Shown here: piece by piece, positions 1 to 10,672 of the stretch
Numbering within the stretch: position 1 is the first letter of the stretch
Layout: the number at the start of each line of letters is the position of its first letter
DNA from: an uncultured delta proteobacterium
GTDB taxonomy: Bacteria; Myxococcota_A; Polyangia; Polyangiales; Polyangiaceae
DNA length: 64,000 bases
Assembly: GCA_963716725.1 (NCBI GenBank)
Contig: CAVQUB010000027.1
Coordinates: forward strand, 64,001 to 128,000
Direction of reading: 5' to 3'
The notes under the pieces: generated by a model
Databases searched by the model: none
What the model was told of the DNA's origin: nothing
The model's input: only the letters and a program-made list of their open reading frames with translations
Made by a program: the position numbers and the translations under genes

Positions 1-727
1 ACTCGGCCAACTCGAGGTTCTCGATGGTGCCGGAGATCTCGAGAACGCTGCCGCGCTTTCCTTCCAGGGTCCGCCACACCGGCACCCAGATCACCTCGAC
101 GAAGAAGTGATCTCCGAGCAGCGCCGCGAGCATGCGCTCGTGCTCGGAGACGCGGCCGCTGGGCTTGCCCAGGTGGCGGTAGGAGTACACGACGTCGGTA
201 CGGCGCGTGACGGCGTCGATGTTGTGCTTGAGCATCAAACGCTGTGCGGCCGCCATGGCAGCCTGGGCTTCGTGCTCGTTGGGGCTCTCTGCCAAGGCCA
301 AGAGCTTGGCCACCCGCTCCAGCATGCGGTGGTCGGTCGATTGCGTGGCCCCGCCGCTCGGAACTCCGGTCGCGTTTGCGTCGATGCCCCGCTCCCGGCA
401 GACCTCGCGAAACGCGGCCCCGTGCGCGGCCTCGTGAGACAAGCGCAGGACCTCGTCGACATACTGATGCGCCATCTCGTGTTTGAGGACTTCGGTGACC
501 ACGCCCCAGCTGTGCATCACCAAGAGCTCGCGGGAGAGCCACATCGTGCGCTCCGGCGACGACCAGCGGCCCAGCTGCCCCATGCCGTCGAGCAGGGCGA
601 GAACCGGTCGACGGAGGCGTCGGCCAAAGAAGGTCGCGTTGGTGTCCTCCCAAGCGTCACGCACCGCGCGAAGCGTGAGGCGCTCGAGCTCGGCGGACAT
701 GCGGGGGAGCTCTGCGGCCTGGTCCAC
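1..727 (-). CDS. SprT-like zinc metallopeptidase domain + DUF2786 protein (3' end runs off window)
   Basis: Hand translation of the minus strand from GTG727 (or ATG700) gives ...WGVVTEVLKHEMAHQY...HGAAFREVC (HExxH, SprT-like), then RMLERVAKLLALAESPNEHEAQAAMAAAQRLMLKHNID (DUF2786-like). Absent from the ORF track because no stop lies in the window. Confidence 0.8.
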   Translation of the reverse strand, partial: MDQAAELPRMSAELERLTLRAVRDAWEDTNATFFGRRLRRPVLALLDGMGQLGRWSSPERTMWLSRELLVMHSWGVVTEVLKHEMAHQYVDEVLRLSHEAAHGAAFREVCRERGIDANATGVPSGGATQSTDHRMLERVAKLLALAESPNEHEAQAAMAAAQRLMLKHNIDAVTRRTDVVYSYRHLGKPSGRVSEHERMLAALLGDHFFVEVIWVPVWRTLEGKRGSVLEISGTIENLELAE

Positions 728-750
728 GGCGCAGTCTTGTCACGGGCCGA

Positions 751-1083
751 CTACTTCTTCAACGCGCACTTGGTGGTGGCCTTGAATTCCGACGCCGGTG
801 AGCCGCGGAAGGTAGTCAGGTCGCGACTCTCGCCCGCGGGCACCGTGACGGAAAGAGTCTCCTGGCTGACGTCGGTGCTCACCTGACAGTCGGCCGCGCG
901 TACGCAGCCGTTGTCGATGCTGACAACGTGGTTGTAGCCGCTGCCAGAAAAGATCGCACGGCTCTCCACCTTCACGCACGGTGGAACCGGCGGCGCGGCT
1001 CCGGCGTCTTCGCCCGACGCGCCGCCGGCGGCCAGGAGCGCGGCGAGCAGCGGGGCAAGGAGCAGGGCAGAGGACCGAAGCAT
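751..1083 (-). CDS. Small secreted hypothetical protein (4 Cys)
   Basis: Hydrophobic signal-like N-terminus and compact beta-rich body; same strand as, and directly upstream of, the SprT-like gene. Confidence 0.7.
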   Translation of the reverse strand: MLRSSALLLAPLLAALLAAGGASGEDAGAAPPVPPCVKVESRAIFSGSGYNHVVSIDNGCVRAADCQVSTDVSQETLSVTVPAGESRDLTTFRGSPASEFKATTKCALKK

Positions 1084-1202
1084 TGGCCAGACCTTGCGCC
1101 GCGCGCCCCGAGTTGCGCAAGTTCGCGGCCAACCGCGCTGCCTCGGCCGGGGAATCTCCGCACCTTTGCAGCCCCGGTCGCCGGTGGCATGCTCCGCGCC
1201 CC

Positions 1203-2573
1203 ATGAGCAAAGAAGACTTCGCGTCCTTGATGGAGGCCTCGGTGAAGGCCGGGCGCGGGACCGGACGCCGGCTGAAGCACGGCGAGGTCGTCGAGGGCAC
1301 GGTAGTGCAGGTGAGCGGCGACAGCGTATTCATCGACGTCGGCGCCACCAAAGAAGCGCGAGTCCCCAAGAGCGAGCTCGAAGATCGCGACGGCAACGTG
1401 CGCGTGCAGGTCGGCGACCGACTGCGCGCCACGGTCGTGGACTTGAGTGAGGACATTCCGGTCCTCGCGATCGCGCTCGGGCGCTCGGGCATCGATCTCG
1501 CCGGGCTCCAGACCGCTCTCGAGACCGGGACGCCGGTCGCTGGCAAGGTGACCAAGGCCGTCAAGGGCGGACTCGAGGTCGACGTGGGCGGCGTGCGGGC
1601 GTTCTGCCCGGCCTCGCAGGTCGAGATCGGCTACGCCGCGGATCTCGCTCCCTACGAAGGTCAGAGCTTCGAGTTCAAGGTGCTCGAGCTCAAAGACGGT
1701 GGTCGATCGGTGGTGCTCTCGCGTCGCGCCTTGCTCGAGGTCGAGCGCCGCGCCAGGGCGGACGCTTTGGGCGAGACGTTGGTGGTCGGTTCGGACATGG
1801 AGGGCAGCGTGGCGTCCGTCTCGCGCCATGGCGCCATCGTGGACGTGGGCGGTATCGATGGCTTCGTGCACATCTCGGAGCTCGCGCACAGGCGAATTGA
1901 TCGCGTCGAAGACGTCGTCAACGTCGGCGATCGCGTGGCCGTGCGGGTGCTGGCGGTCGAGCAAGGTGACAAAGGGCTCCGGGTGCGGCTCAGCATGAAG
2001 GTCCGACTCGATGCGCCAGAAGCACCCGCGGTGCAGGTCGACGAGGTGCTCGACGCCGTGGTCGTGAAGGCGATCGGCGGGGGCGTGATCGTGAGCACCG
2101 CCAAGGGCGAAGGCATGGTGCCCGTCAGCGAGCTCGGGCTCCCGCCCGGCTCGGATCACCGCCGCACCTTCCCCGTCGGGCGCGCGTTTCAGGTGGTCGT
2201 CGTGCAACGGGACGTCGCGCGCGGCCGCCTGCGGTTCTCGTTGGTGGGCGTGGCCCGGGTCGAAGAGCGAAAGAACTACCGCGACTTCGGCGGCGCCGCC
2301 GGTGCGTCGCTGGGGAGTCTGGGCGACGTGATGCGCAAGAAGCTCGGCTTGCCGGACGCCCCGCCGGCTCCCCCAACGCCGCCGTCCGTGCAGACCGCGG
2401 CAGCGCCGCCGCCCGCGGCCCCAGCGCCAACGCCAGCCGTCGCCGCCGCAGCGCCGCCGCCACCCCCGCCGGCCGCGCCGGCCGCGCCAACGCCAGGCAT
2501 GGCAGCAATGATGGGCCGGCCCGCCGCGGAGCGTCGTCCCGATCCCGAAGGCGTCGTACGCCGCAAGCGCTGA
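1203..2573 (+). CDS. S1 RNA-binding repeat protein (short RpsA paralog) with Pro/Ala-rich tail
   Basis: Starts MSKEDFASLMEAS. About four S1 repeats (GEVVEGTVVQV, GKVTKAVKGGLEVDVGGVRAFCPASQV, GIDGFVHISELAH, EGMVPVSEL), then LGSLGD and a low-complexity tail. Confidence 0.85.
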   Translation: MSKEDFASLMEASVKAGRGTGRRLKHGEVVEGTVVQVSGDSVFIDVGATKEARVPKSELEDRDGNVRVQVGDRLRATVVDLSEDIPVLAIALGRSGIDLAGLQTALETGTPVAGKVTKAVKGGLEVDVGGVRAFCPASQVEIGYAADLAPYEGQSFEFKVLELKDGGRSVVLSRRALLEVERRARADALGETLVVGSDMEGSVASVSRHGAIVDVGGIDGFVHISELAHRRIDRVEDVVNVGDRVAVRVLAVEQGDKGLRVRLSMKVRLDAPEAPAVQVDEVLDAVVVKAIGGGVIVSTAKGEGMVPVSELGLPPGSDHRRTFPVGRAFQVVVVQRDVARGRLRFSLVGVARVEERKNYRDFGGAAGASLGSLGDVMRKKLGLPDAPPAPPTPPSVQTAAAPPPAAPAPTPAVAAAAPPPPPPAAPAAPTPGMAAMMGRPAAERRPDPEGVVRRKR

Positions 2574-2582
2574 GCGTGTCGC

Positions 2583-2966
2583 TCAAGCGTCGGCGTCGGG
2601 CTCCTGGGGCTGAACCTTCATCCGCTTCTCGCGGGTGATGCTCACGAGCCCGGCGGGAGCACCCCGTGGCTTCGACACGTTCGCGGCTCGGCACACGTGT
2701 ACCTCCACGCGCGCGGCGTTGCGCGCCTTCGAGTACCACGCGGCGAAGGCCGCAGCCTGCTCGACGACTTCGCGCGGCACCTCCAGCTGATCCGGGTTCT
2801 GAATCACGACGTGACTGCCCGGCGTGCCGCCGCCAACGTGAAGCCACACGTCGTGGGGTTTGGCGATCCGAAAGGTGAGCTCGTCGTTCTCGTGCTCACC
2901 GCGTCCAATCAGGACTTTGAACCCGCCCACCTCGACGGTGCGATACGCACGACCCTTGCTCGACAT
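2583..2966 (-). CDS. Stand-alone NFACT RNA-binding domain protein (DUF814-like)
   Basis: IGRGEHENDELTF...DVWLHV...PGSHVVI...AAAFAAWYSKAR...VSKPRGAPAGLV. Confidence 0.85.
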   Translation of the reverse strand: MSSKGRAYRTVEVGGFKVLIGRGEHENDELTFRIAKPHDVWLHVGGGTPGSHVVIQNPDQLEVPREVVEQAAAFAAWYSKARNAARVEVHVCRAANVSKPRGAPAGLVSITREKRMKVQPQEPDADA

Positions 2967-3083
2967 GCGCGTCCATCTTGCCACGGCGTGCGGCTCGGCG
3001 AACGAGGACGCACCGATCGCCAATCGAGGAATCGATCTCGGCTGGGCCATGACCGAGCTCCGTCTGCTCTGAGAGCCGAGTGA

Positions 3084-5199
<2,116 letters not shown>

Positions 5200-5203
<4 letters not shown>

Positions 5204-5511
5204 GCGAGCACGACCCCTCCACCGACGACGAGTTCACGCGCGCCGTCCGGCAGCGCGCGGAGCGGCTCAAGCGCGGTCGGCGGCACCGGATGGACTGGAA
5301 GAGCCTGGCGCAGGTCGGTGTTCTGGCGTGGACGTTCCTCCTTCCCACGCTCGGCGGCGCGCTCCTGGGCCGCCTCGCTTCGAGCATGGGGGCGCCGCGG
5401 TCGGCGCGCATGGTGGGGCTCATGCTCGGCCTCGGAGTCGGTGCATACGCGGCATGGCGCCAGCTGCGCTCCGGAATCGAAGACAGCGACGGGGACGAGG
5501 ACCCACGATGA
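5200..5511 (+). CDS. atpQ: N-ATPase AtpQ (AtpZ/AtpI 'gene 1' family) membrane protein
   Basis: GTGA overlap; LAQVGVLAWTFLLPTLGGALLG pattern with two TM helices; position after atpC. Confidence 0.8.
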
Positions 5512-5771
5512 GCGTCCTCGCTATCCTGGTCGGCATCAGCCTGGGCGCCCTGGGCGGAGCTTTGCACCTGGCAGTCACGCGCCTGCGGGCCTCCCTGGTC
5601 GTGTCCGGCCGCGGCGGCCGCGCCCTCCTGCTCCTCCCGGCGGGCTTCGCTGCCATCGCCGCCGCCGTAGTCTTGGCAGCCCGCTTCGATCCACGCGCGG
5701 CGTGGCTGGTGCCGGTTGGGCTCCTGGCCGTGCGGGTAGCGCTGCTACGGTCTGGAAGGCAGCAGACGTGA
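5508..5771 (+). CDS. atpR: N-ATPase AtpR membrane subunit
   Basis: ATGA overlap; small hydrophobic protein with Arg residues, lying between atpQ and subunit a. Confidence 0.75.
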   Translation: MSVLAILVGISLGALGGALHLAVTRLRASLVVSGRGGRALLLLPAGFAAIAAAVVLAARFDPRAAWLVPVGLLAVRVALLRSGRQQT

Positions 5772-6433
5772 ACACGCCCTTCCCGGTGGAGGTCGCACGC
5801 TTCGGCGATCTGGTGGTCACCGACACCGTGCCGGTGACCTTCGGGCTCTCCGTCGCCATCGTGGTCGCGGCGCGGCTCGCCATGCACTACCCCGGCGCCC
5901 GCTCCGCCATCGAAGGCGCCTACGAGGCGCTCTCGAACTCGGTGCGCGGCATGGTGAGCGTCGATGCGGAGCCCCTGGTCCCACTCGTGCTCACGCAGTG
6001 GTTGTTCATTGGAACCGCGAACCTGGCCGGGCTGATCCCGCGGGTGTCGAGCCCCACGGGCGATCTGGCCCTCGCCGCGGCGCTGGCCGTCGTCGCCTTC
6101 GCGGCCGGACACGTGTACGCGGTCCGGCGCCACGGCCTCTCCTACCTCCGGCAGTACGTGGAGCCCACGCCGCTGCTCCTGCCGCTCAATGTCATCGGCG
6201 AGCTGTCTCGCACGTTCGCGCTGGCTCTCCGGCTGTTTGGCAACATGCTGTCCGGCACCCTCGTCTCGGCCATCGTGCTCTACGTCGCCGGCCTCTTGGT
6301 GCCAGTCCCGCTCATGCTCTTGTCCGTCCTCACCAGCGTCGTCCAGGCCTACATCTTCGGTGTGCTCACGTTGGTCTTCGCCGCGAGTTCCCTGCAATCC
6401 GCCTCGACCCCCAAGAAGAAGGAGATCCCTTGA
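5768..6433 (+). CDS. atpB: N-ATPase subunit a
   Basis: LNVIGELSRTFALALRLFGNMLSG (essential Arg) and VVQAYIFGVLT. Confidence 0.95.
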   Translation: MNTPFPVEVARFGDLVVTDTVPVTFGLSVAIVVAARLAMHYPGARSAIEGAYEALSNSVRGMVSVDAEPLVPLVLTQWLFIGTANLAGLIPRVSSPTGDLALAAALAVVAFAAGHVYAVRRHGLSYLRQYVEPTPLLLPLNVIGELSRTFALALRLFGNMLSGTLVSAIVLYVAGLLVPVPLMLLSVLTSVVQAYIFGVLTLVFAASSLQSASTPKKKEIP

Positions 6434-6684
6434 CGTCCCACGACATTCTGGCCCTTGCCAGCATCATCACTGCCGGGCTCACGATGTCCATCGGGTCCAT
6501 CGCCCCGGCGCTCGGCGAGGCTCGCGCCCTGGAGCGCGCGCTCGACGCCATTGCCCGACAGCCCGAGGCCACCGACCGGATCACGCGCACGCTCTTCGTG
6601 GGGCTGGCGATGGTGGAGTCGACGGCCATCTATTGCCTCGTGATCGCCCTGGTCCTCTTGTTCGCGAATCCACTGCTGCCGTGA
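6430..6684 (+). CDS. atpE: N-ATPase subunit c with Na+-type signature
   Basis: TTG start after AAGGAG; PALGEARA (helix-1 Glu), ARQPEA loop, MVESTAIY (ESTxxY). Confidence 0.95.
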   Translation: MTSHDILALASIITAGLTMSIGSIAPALGEARALERALDAIARQPEATDRITRTLFVGLAMVESTAIYCLVIALVLLFANPLLP

Positions 6685-6685
6685 C

Positions 6686-7441
6686 ATGAAGTTCAATACG
6701 CTTACCTTCGTCTTCGAGATCGTGAACTTCTTGGTGCTGCTGTTCATACTGCAGCGCCTGGTGTTCCGACCCTTGCAGCGCTCGATCGACGCCCGGCGCG
6801 CAGCGGAACAGAAGCGCGCGGACGAGACCGAGGCCAAGCTGGAGGCGGCCCGCAGCCTGGAGGCCGAGTTGGAGCAGGAGCGTGTGGGCCTGGCGGCGGT
6901 CCGCGACAAGGCCATGCGGCAGGCCGCCGAGGAGGCTGCCGCCGAGAAGGCGCGCATTTTGGCCCAGGCACGAGCGGACGCCGCGACTGAGCGCGCCCAG
7001 GCGGCCAGGCTGCTCGAGTCGGAGCGCGAGGCGGCCGAGGGCTGGCTGCAAGAGGCGACGGTAGAGCGCGCGACGGACGCGGCGGGGCGCATGCTGCTGG
7101 CGCTGGCGCCCGAGGCGGTGGACGGGGCGCTCCGCCGGGCGCTGCTCGCGGAGGTCGACCGGCAGGGAACGGCGCTGGCCCCCGCCGCGGTGGAGGGTAC
7201 CGTGGACGTCGAACTGCGCGCGGCGAAGCTTCCAGACAGCGAGATCGTCGAGACGGTCCGCGCGTCCATCTCTCGAGCAGTGGGGCGCCCGGTTCGGCTG
7301 GCACTCCGGGAGGACGAGTCGCTCGGCGCAGGCCTGGTCATCGCGATCGGCGATCGCGTGCTGGACGCGTCCATCTCGGGCCAGCTCCAGGGGCTGCGTG
7401 AGCGCACGCGCGCGCTGCTCACCGAGGGAAACCATGAATGA
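6686..7441 (+). CDS. atpF: N-ATPase subunit b with C-terminal delta-like extension
   Basis: TFVFEIVNFLVLLFIL TM, coiled coil, then DESLGAGLVIAIGDRVLDASISGQL (OSCP/delta C-terminus-like). No separate atpH. Confidence 0.9.
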   Translation: MKFNTLTFVFEIVNFLVLLFILQRLVFRPLQRSIDARRAAEQKRADETEAKLEAARSLEAELEQERVGLAAVRDKAMRQAAEEAAAEKARILAQARADAATERAQAARLLESEREAAEGWLQEATVERATDAAGRMLLALAPEAVDGALRRALLAEVDRQGTALAPAAVEGTVDVELRAAKLPDSEIVETVRASISRAVGRPVRLALREDESLGAGLVIAIGDRVLDASISGQLQGLRERTRALLTEGNHE

Positions 7442-8951
7442 CTCCCGCATCGAGTCCACGCTGCACCGCGTGACTCGAGCGTTGTCCCGCGCCTGCGACG
7501 AGTACGCACCGGACGTGCGAGTGCGCGAGCTGGGCCACGTGTTGGGGGTAGAAGACGGCGTGGTGCGGATCCGTGGCCTGCGGGACGCCGGTGCGGAGGA
7601 GCTCGTGGACGTCGCCGGGCGCCGAGCGATCGTGCTCGCTCTCGGCCCCGACGAAGCGCGAGCCGTGCTGCTCGACGACGCAACTGGCGTCGGAGCGGGC
7701 TCGACGGTGCGGGCGACGGGCACCTTCCCGAGCATCGGCGTCGGCGCGGCGCTCTTCGGCCGCGTGGTCGACCCCCTCGGTCGCCCCCTGGACGGCCAGC
7801 CCCTCACCGGGCAGCTGCGTCCCGAGACTCTCGAGCGGGCCGCGCCCGGTATTCACGAGCGCGCCGAGGTTCACCGGCCGCTCTCCACCGGCGTGCTGGC
7901 GGTCGACGCGATGTTCCCCATCGGCCGAGGGCAGCGCGAGCTGGTCGTGGGCGACGAGGGCACCGGCAAGACGTCCTTCGCGCTCGACGTGATGCTTCAG
8001 CAGCGGAACACGGAGGTGCTCTGCGTTTACGTCGCCATCGGACGGCGACGCGCCGAGACAGCACGCCTGGTGGAAGAGCTGCGCCAGAACGGCGGGCGTT
8101 GGGTGGTGGTCTCGGCGACGGAGGACCGCGGGCCGGCGCTCCGGTATCTAGCTCCCTACGCGGGCACGGCCATCGCAGAGCACTTCGCGCGGCGGGGCGA
8201 GCACGCTCTCGTCGTGTACGATCACCTGACGGCGCACGCCGTCGCCTGGCGCGAGCTGGCGCTCCTGCTGCGCCGACCTCCCGGGCGTGAGGCGTTCCCC
8301 GGCGACGTGTTCTATCTCCACGCGCGACTGCTCGAGCGCGCTGCTCAGCTGGCGCCGGAAGCGGGCGGCGGCTCCGTCACGGCGCTGCCGCTCGCGGTGC
8401 TGGAGGGCGGGCGCCTCACCTCGTACATCCCGACGAACCTGGTCTCGATCACTGACGGGCAGCTGGTGTTCTCCAGCACGCTCTTCGCCGCCGGACAAAA
8501 GCCGGCCATCGACGCTTCGCTGTCGGTGAGCCGCGTGGGCTCGCGGGCCCAGCCCCAGGCGATCCGCGAGCTCGGGTCGCGGCTCAAGCTCGACTACGCT
8601 TCGTTCCTGGAGCTCGAGGCCTTCTCGCGCCTGGGCACTCGACTGGAAGAAGCGACCGAGCGCACCCTGGCCCGCGGCAGGCGGATCCGCACGCTGCTCC
8701 GCGCACGCCGGGGCCGTCCCCTGGACACCGTCGCCGAGGTCGTGCGGATGGTGCTCGCGAGCAGTCCCGCGCTGCTCGGTGTGCCGGAAGACCGCGTGGA
8801 GGACTGCGCGGTCACCTGCGATCAGGCGGCACGAGTCGAGCTGCCGACGGAGTGCGCCCGGATCGCGGACGACGGGGTGCTCTCCGCCGAAGCGCGGGAG
8901 CGACTGGAGCAGCTGGTGGCGCGGGTCATCGCCGAGCGGTGGACGCCATGA
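7434..8951 (+). CDS. atpA: N-ATPase alpha subunit
   Basis: PIGRGQRELVVGDEGTGKT, LLLRRPPGREAFPGDVFYLHARLLERAA, YIPTNLVSITDGQ, SVSRVG. Confidence 0.96.
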   Translation: MNDSRIESTLHRVTRALSRACDEYAPDVRVRELGHVLGVEDGVVRIRGLRDAGAEELVDVAGRRAIVLALGPDEARAVLLDDATGVGAGSTVRATGTFPSIGVGAALFGRVVDPLGRPLDGQPLTGQLRPETLERAAPGIHERAEVHRPLSTGVLAVDAMFPIGRGQRELVVGDEGTGKTSFALDVMLQQRNTEVLCVYVAIGRRRAETARLVEELRQNGGRWVVVSATEDRGPALRYLAPYAGTAIAEHFARRGEHALVVYDHLTAHAVAWRELALLLRRPPGREAFPGDVFYLHARLLERAAQLAPEAGGGSVTALPLAVLEGGRLTSYIPTNLVSITDGQLVFSSTLFAAGQKPAIDASLSVSRVGSRAQPQAIRELGSRLKLDYASFLELEAFSRLGTRLEEATERTLARGRRIRTLLRARRGRPLDTVAEVVRMVLASSPALLGVPEDRVEDCAVTCDQAARVELPTECARIADDGVLSAEARERLEQLVARVIAERWTP

Positions 8952-9748
8952 GCGAGGTCGTAGCAGCTGACTTTCACGTGCTCGAGCGCCGCATCGGCGC
9001 CGTGGGCGCGGTGCGGCAGGTCTTGCAGTCGGTCTGGGGCTTGGCGCGGGCAGAGCTGCCGCTGGCCGAGACGGCCGCAGCGGCGGCGACGGAATACCTG
9101 CGCTGGGCCGAGGCCATGAGCGAGCGGCTGCTCGTGGAGCGCGACGTCCCCGAGCGCCCCACGCTGCGCGTGCTCGTCGGTCCGGAGCGCGCGTTCGCGG
9201 GTTCGCTGCCCCGACGCTACGAGGAGGCACTCGCGGAGAGCGGGCCGCTGGGGATCGTCGGACGCCGGCTCGCGGAGGCCGCCGCCGAACGGTCCGACGT
9301 CCGCGACCGCGTGCGGTTTCAGCTGGCTGCCGCCACGTCTCCGGCGGACGTAGAGGAGTGCGCCAGCCGACTCGCCGAGGCCGTGCTGGCCCACGGCTCG
9401 GAAGAGCGCATCGTGCTGGTGCACGCCGTGCACGGCGGAGGTCTCGTGACCACCACGCTGCTCGGCAGCGACCGCTCCCCGGCACCGGAGCCGCCGGAGC
9501 TGTTGAGCGCGCCGGAGCACGTCGCGGCCGCCGCCGTTCGGGAGCTCGTGACCGCGCGCCTCGCGTTTGCGCTCATCGAGACCTTCCGCACGGAGGTGAA
9601 GGCTCGCCTCGCCATGGCGGAGTCGGCTCGCTCTGCCTGCGACCGGAAGCTCGAACAGCTGGAGCAGGCCTGGCGCACCGCGCGACAAGAGGCCATCACC
9701 AGCGAGATGCTCGAGGTCGTCTCGGCGCGCCTGGCGCTAGAGGCGTAG
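8948..9748 (+). CDS. atpG: N-ATPase gamma subunit (divergent)
   Basis: ATGA overlap; C-terminal ARLAMAE...RQEAITSEMLEVVS; last gene of the operon. Confidence 0.85.
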   Translation: MSEVVAADFHVLERRIGAVGAVRQVLQSVWGLARAELPLAETAAAAATEYLRWAEAMSERLLVERDVPERPTLRVLVGPERAFAGSLPRRYEEALAESGPLGIVGRRLAEAAAERSDVRDRVRFQLAAATSPADVEECASRLAEAVLAHGSEERIVLVHAVHGGGLVTTTLLGSDRSPAPEPPELLSAPEHVAAAAVRELVTARLAFALIETFRTEVKARLAMAESARSACDRKLEQLEQAWRTARQEAITSEMLEVVSARLALEA

Positions 9749-9761
9749 CCAACGCGCTCGC

Positions 9762-10619
9762 TCAGCCCGCGATCTTGCGAGCGACATCCACCCGAGAGCT
9801 GGCGCCGAGCTTCCGGAACAGCGCCGCGACCTGGTTCGCCACGGTCCGGAGCGCGACGCCGCGCGCCGCTGCTATCTCCGCGTTGGAGAAGCCACGGCCG
9901 ATGAGCAGCGCCACCTCGCGCTCGGCCGCGGTCAAGTCGGCAGGCAGGGCCTTTCGCTGTGCCGGATACGAGAGCACCACGACGTCGAGCGCAGCCTGCC
10001 GCAACGCCTCCAGGGCACCACGCGACTTTGCGGCCTCCTCCGCGTGCTCGATCTTGCCCGCGGGTGTCACGACGGCGTCGACGGTCCGGGTCGCGAGCGT
10101 GCGCCGGAGGCGGAAGCCAGCGGCGAGGTGCGCCGCCACCCGGGACCAGCGCCGCACCTCCTGGCGGGTCGCGTCGCGCGTCGCGTGCAGCAACGCCCCA
10201 ATCCCGAGGCCGAAGCCCGTCGGATCGACGCCGACGACGCCGATCATGTCCCGCGCCCCGAGGGGGTGAAAGTTCGCAACCACCTCCGGAATTCCGAGGA
10301 TCGTCTCGGCTCCGATCGCCTGGCTCATGGTGACGCAGGGGCCAGCCACGTGACAGTCGGCGCGAAAGTCCCGACCCGCTCGCCCCAGCAATTCACTGCA
10401 ATGCCGCATGACCTCGAAGGCGCCCGGCTGGTCACCGGCATAGGCGCTGTCCGCGATCTCGACCTGCGCCGGGTTCAACGCGCAGAAGGTCCAACTGGCA
10501 ACGCCGTATCCGGCGTCGAGCTGCGTGCGCGCCGCCGCTGCCACTTCGGCGAGCCATTCCGCGTCCGAGAGTTCGGTTCGGTAGGCGCTCTCGATGACCC
10601 CGACGATGTCACTCGCCAC
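9762..10619 (-). CDS. LuxR-family HTH transcriptional regulator
   Basis: C-terminal LTAAEREVALLIGRGFSNAEIAAARGVALRTVANQVAALFRKLGASSR; GAF-like N-terminal region. Confidence 0.85.
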   Translation of the reverse strand: MASDIVGVIESAYRTELSDAEWLAEVAAAARTQLDAGYGVASWTFCALNPAQVEIADSAYAGDQPGAFEVMRHCSELLGRAGRDFRADCHVAGPCVTMSQAIGAETILGIPEVVANFHPLGARDMIGVVGVDPTGFGLGIGALLHATRDATRQEVRRWSRVAAHLAAGFRLRRTLATRTVDAVVTPAGKIEHAEEAAKSRGALEALRQAALDVVVLSYPAQRKALPADLTAAEREVALLIGRGFSNAEIAAARGVALRTVANQVAALFRKLGASSRVDVARKIAG

Positions 10620-10672
10620 GCCGCCAGAGTACCCGCTGACTTTGCCGGGCTATATAGTCAGTTTTTCGGGGC

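Noticed and set aside
107..886. Long plus-strand ORFs here, and many other long antisense ORFs (e.g. 10842-11888, 16540-18309, 24293-25681)
   Set aside because: These are shadow ORFs opposite real genes, expected at this GC content, and have no motifs.
9762..10619. LuxR as the dedicated regulator of the N-ATPase or as a quorum-sensing receptor
   Set aside because: It is convergent with the operon end, has no autoinducer synthase nearby, and such regulators are common in myxobacteria.
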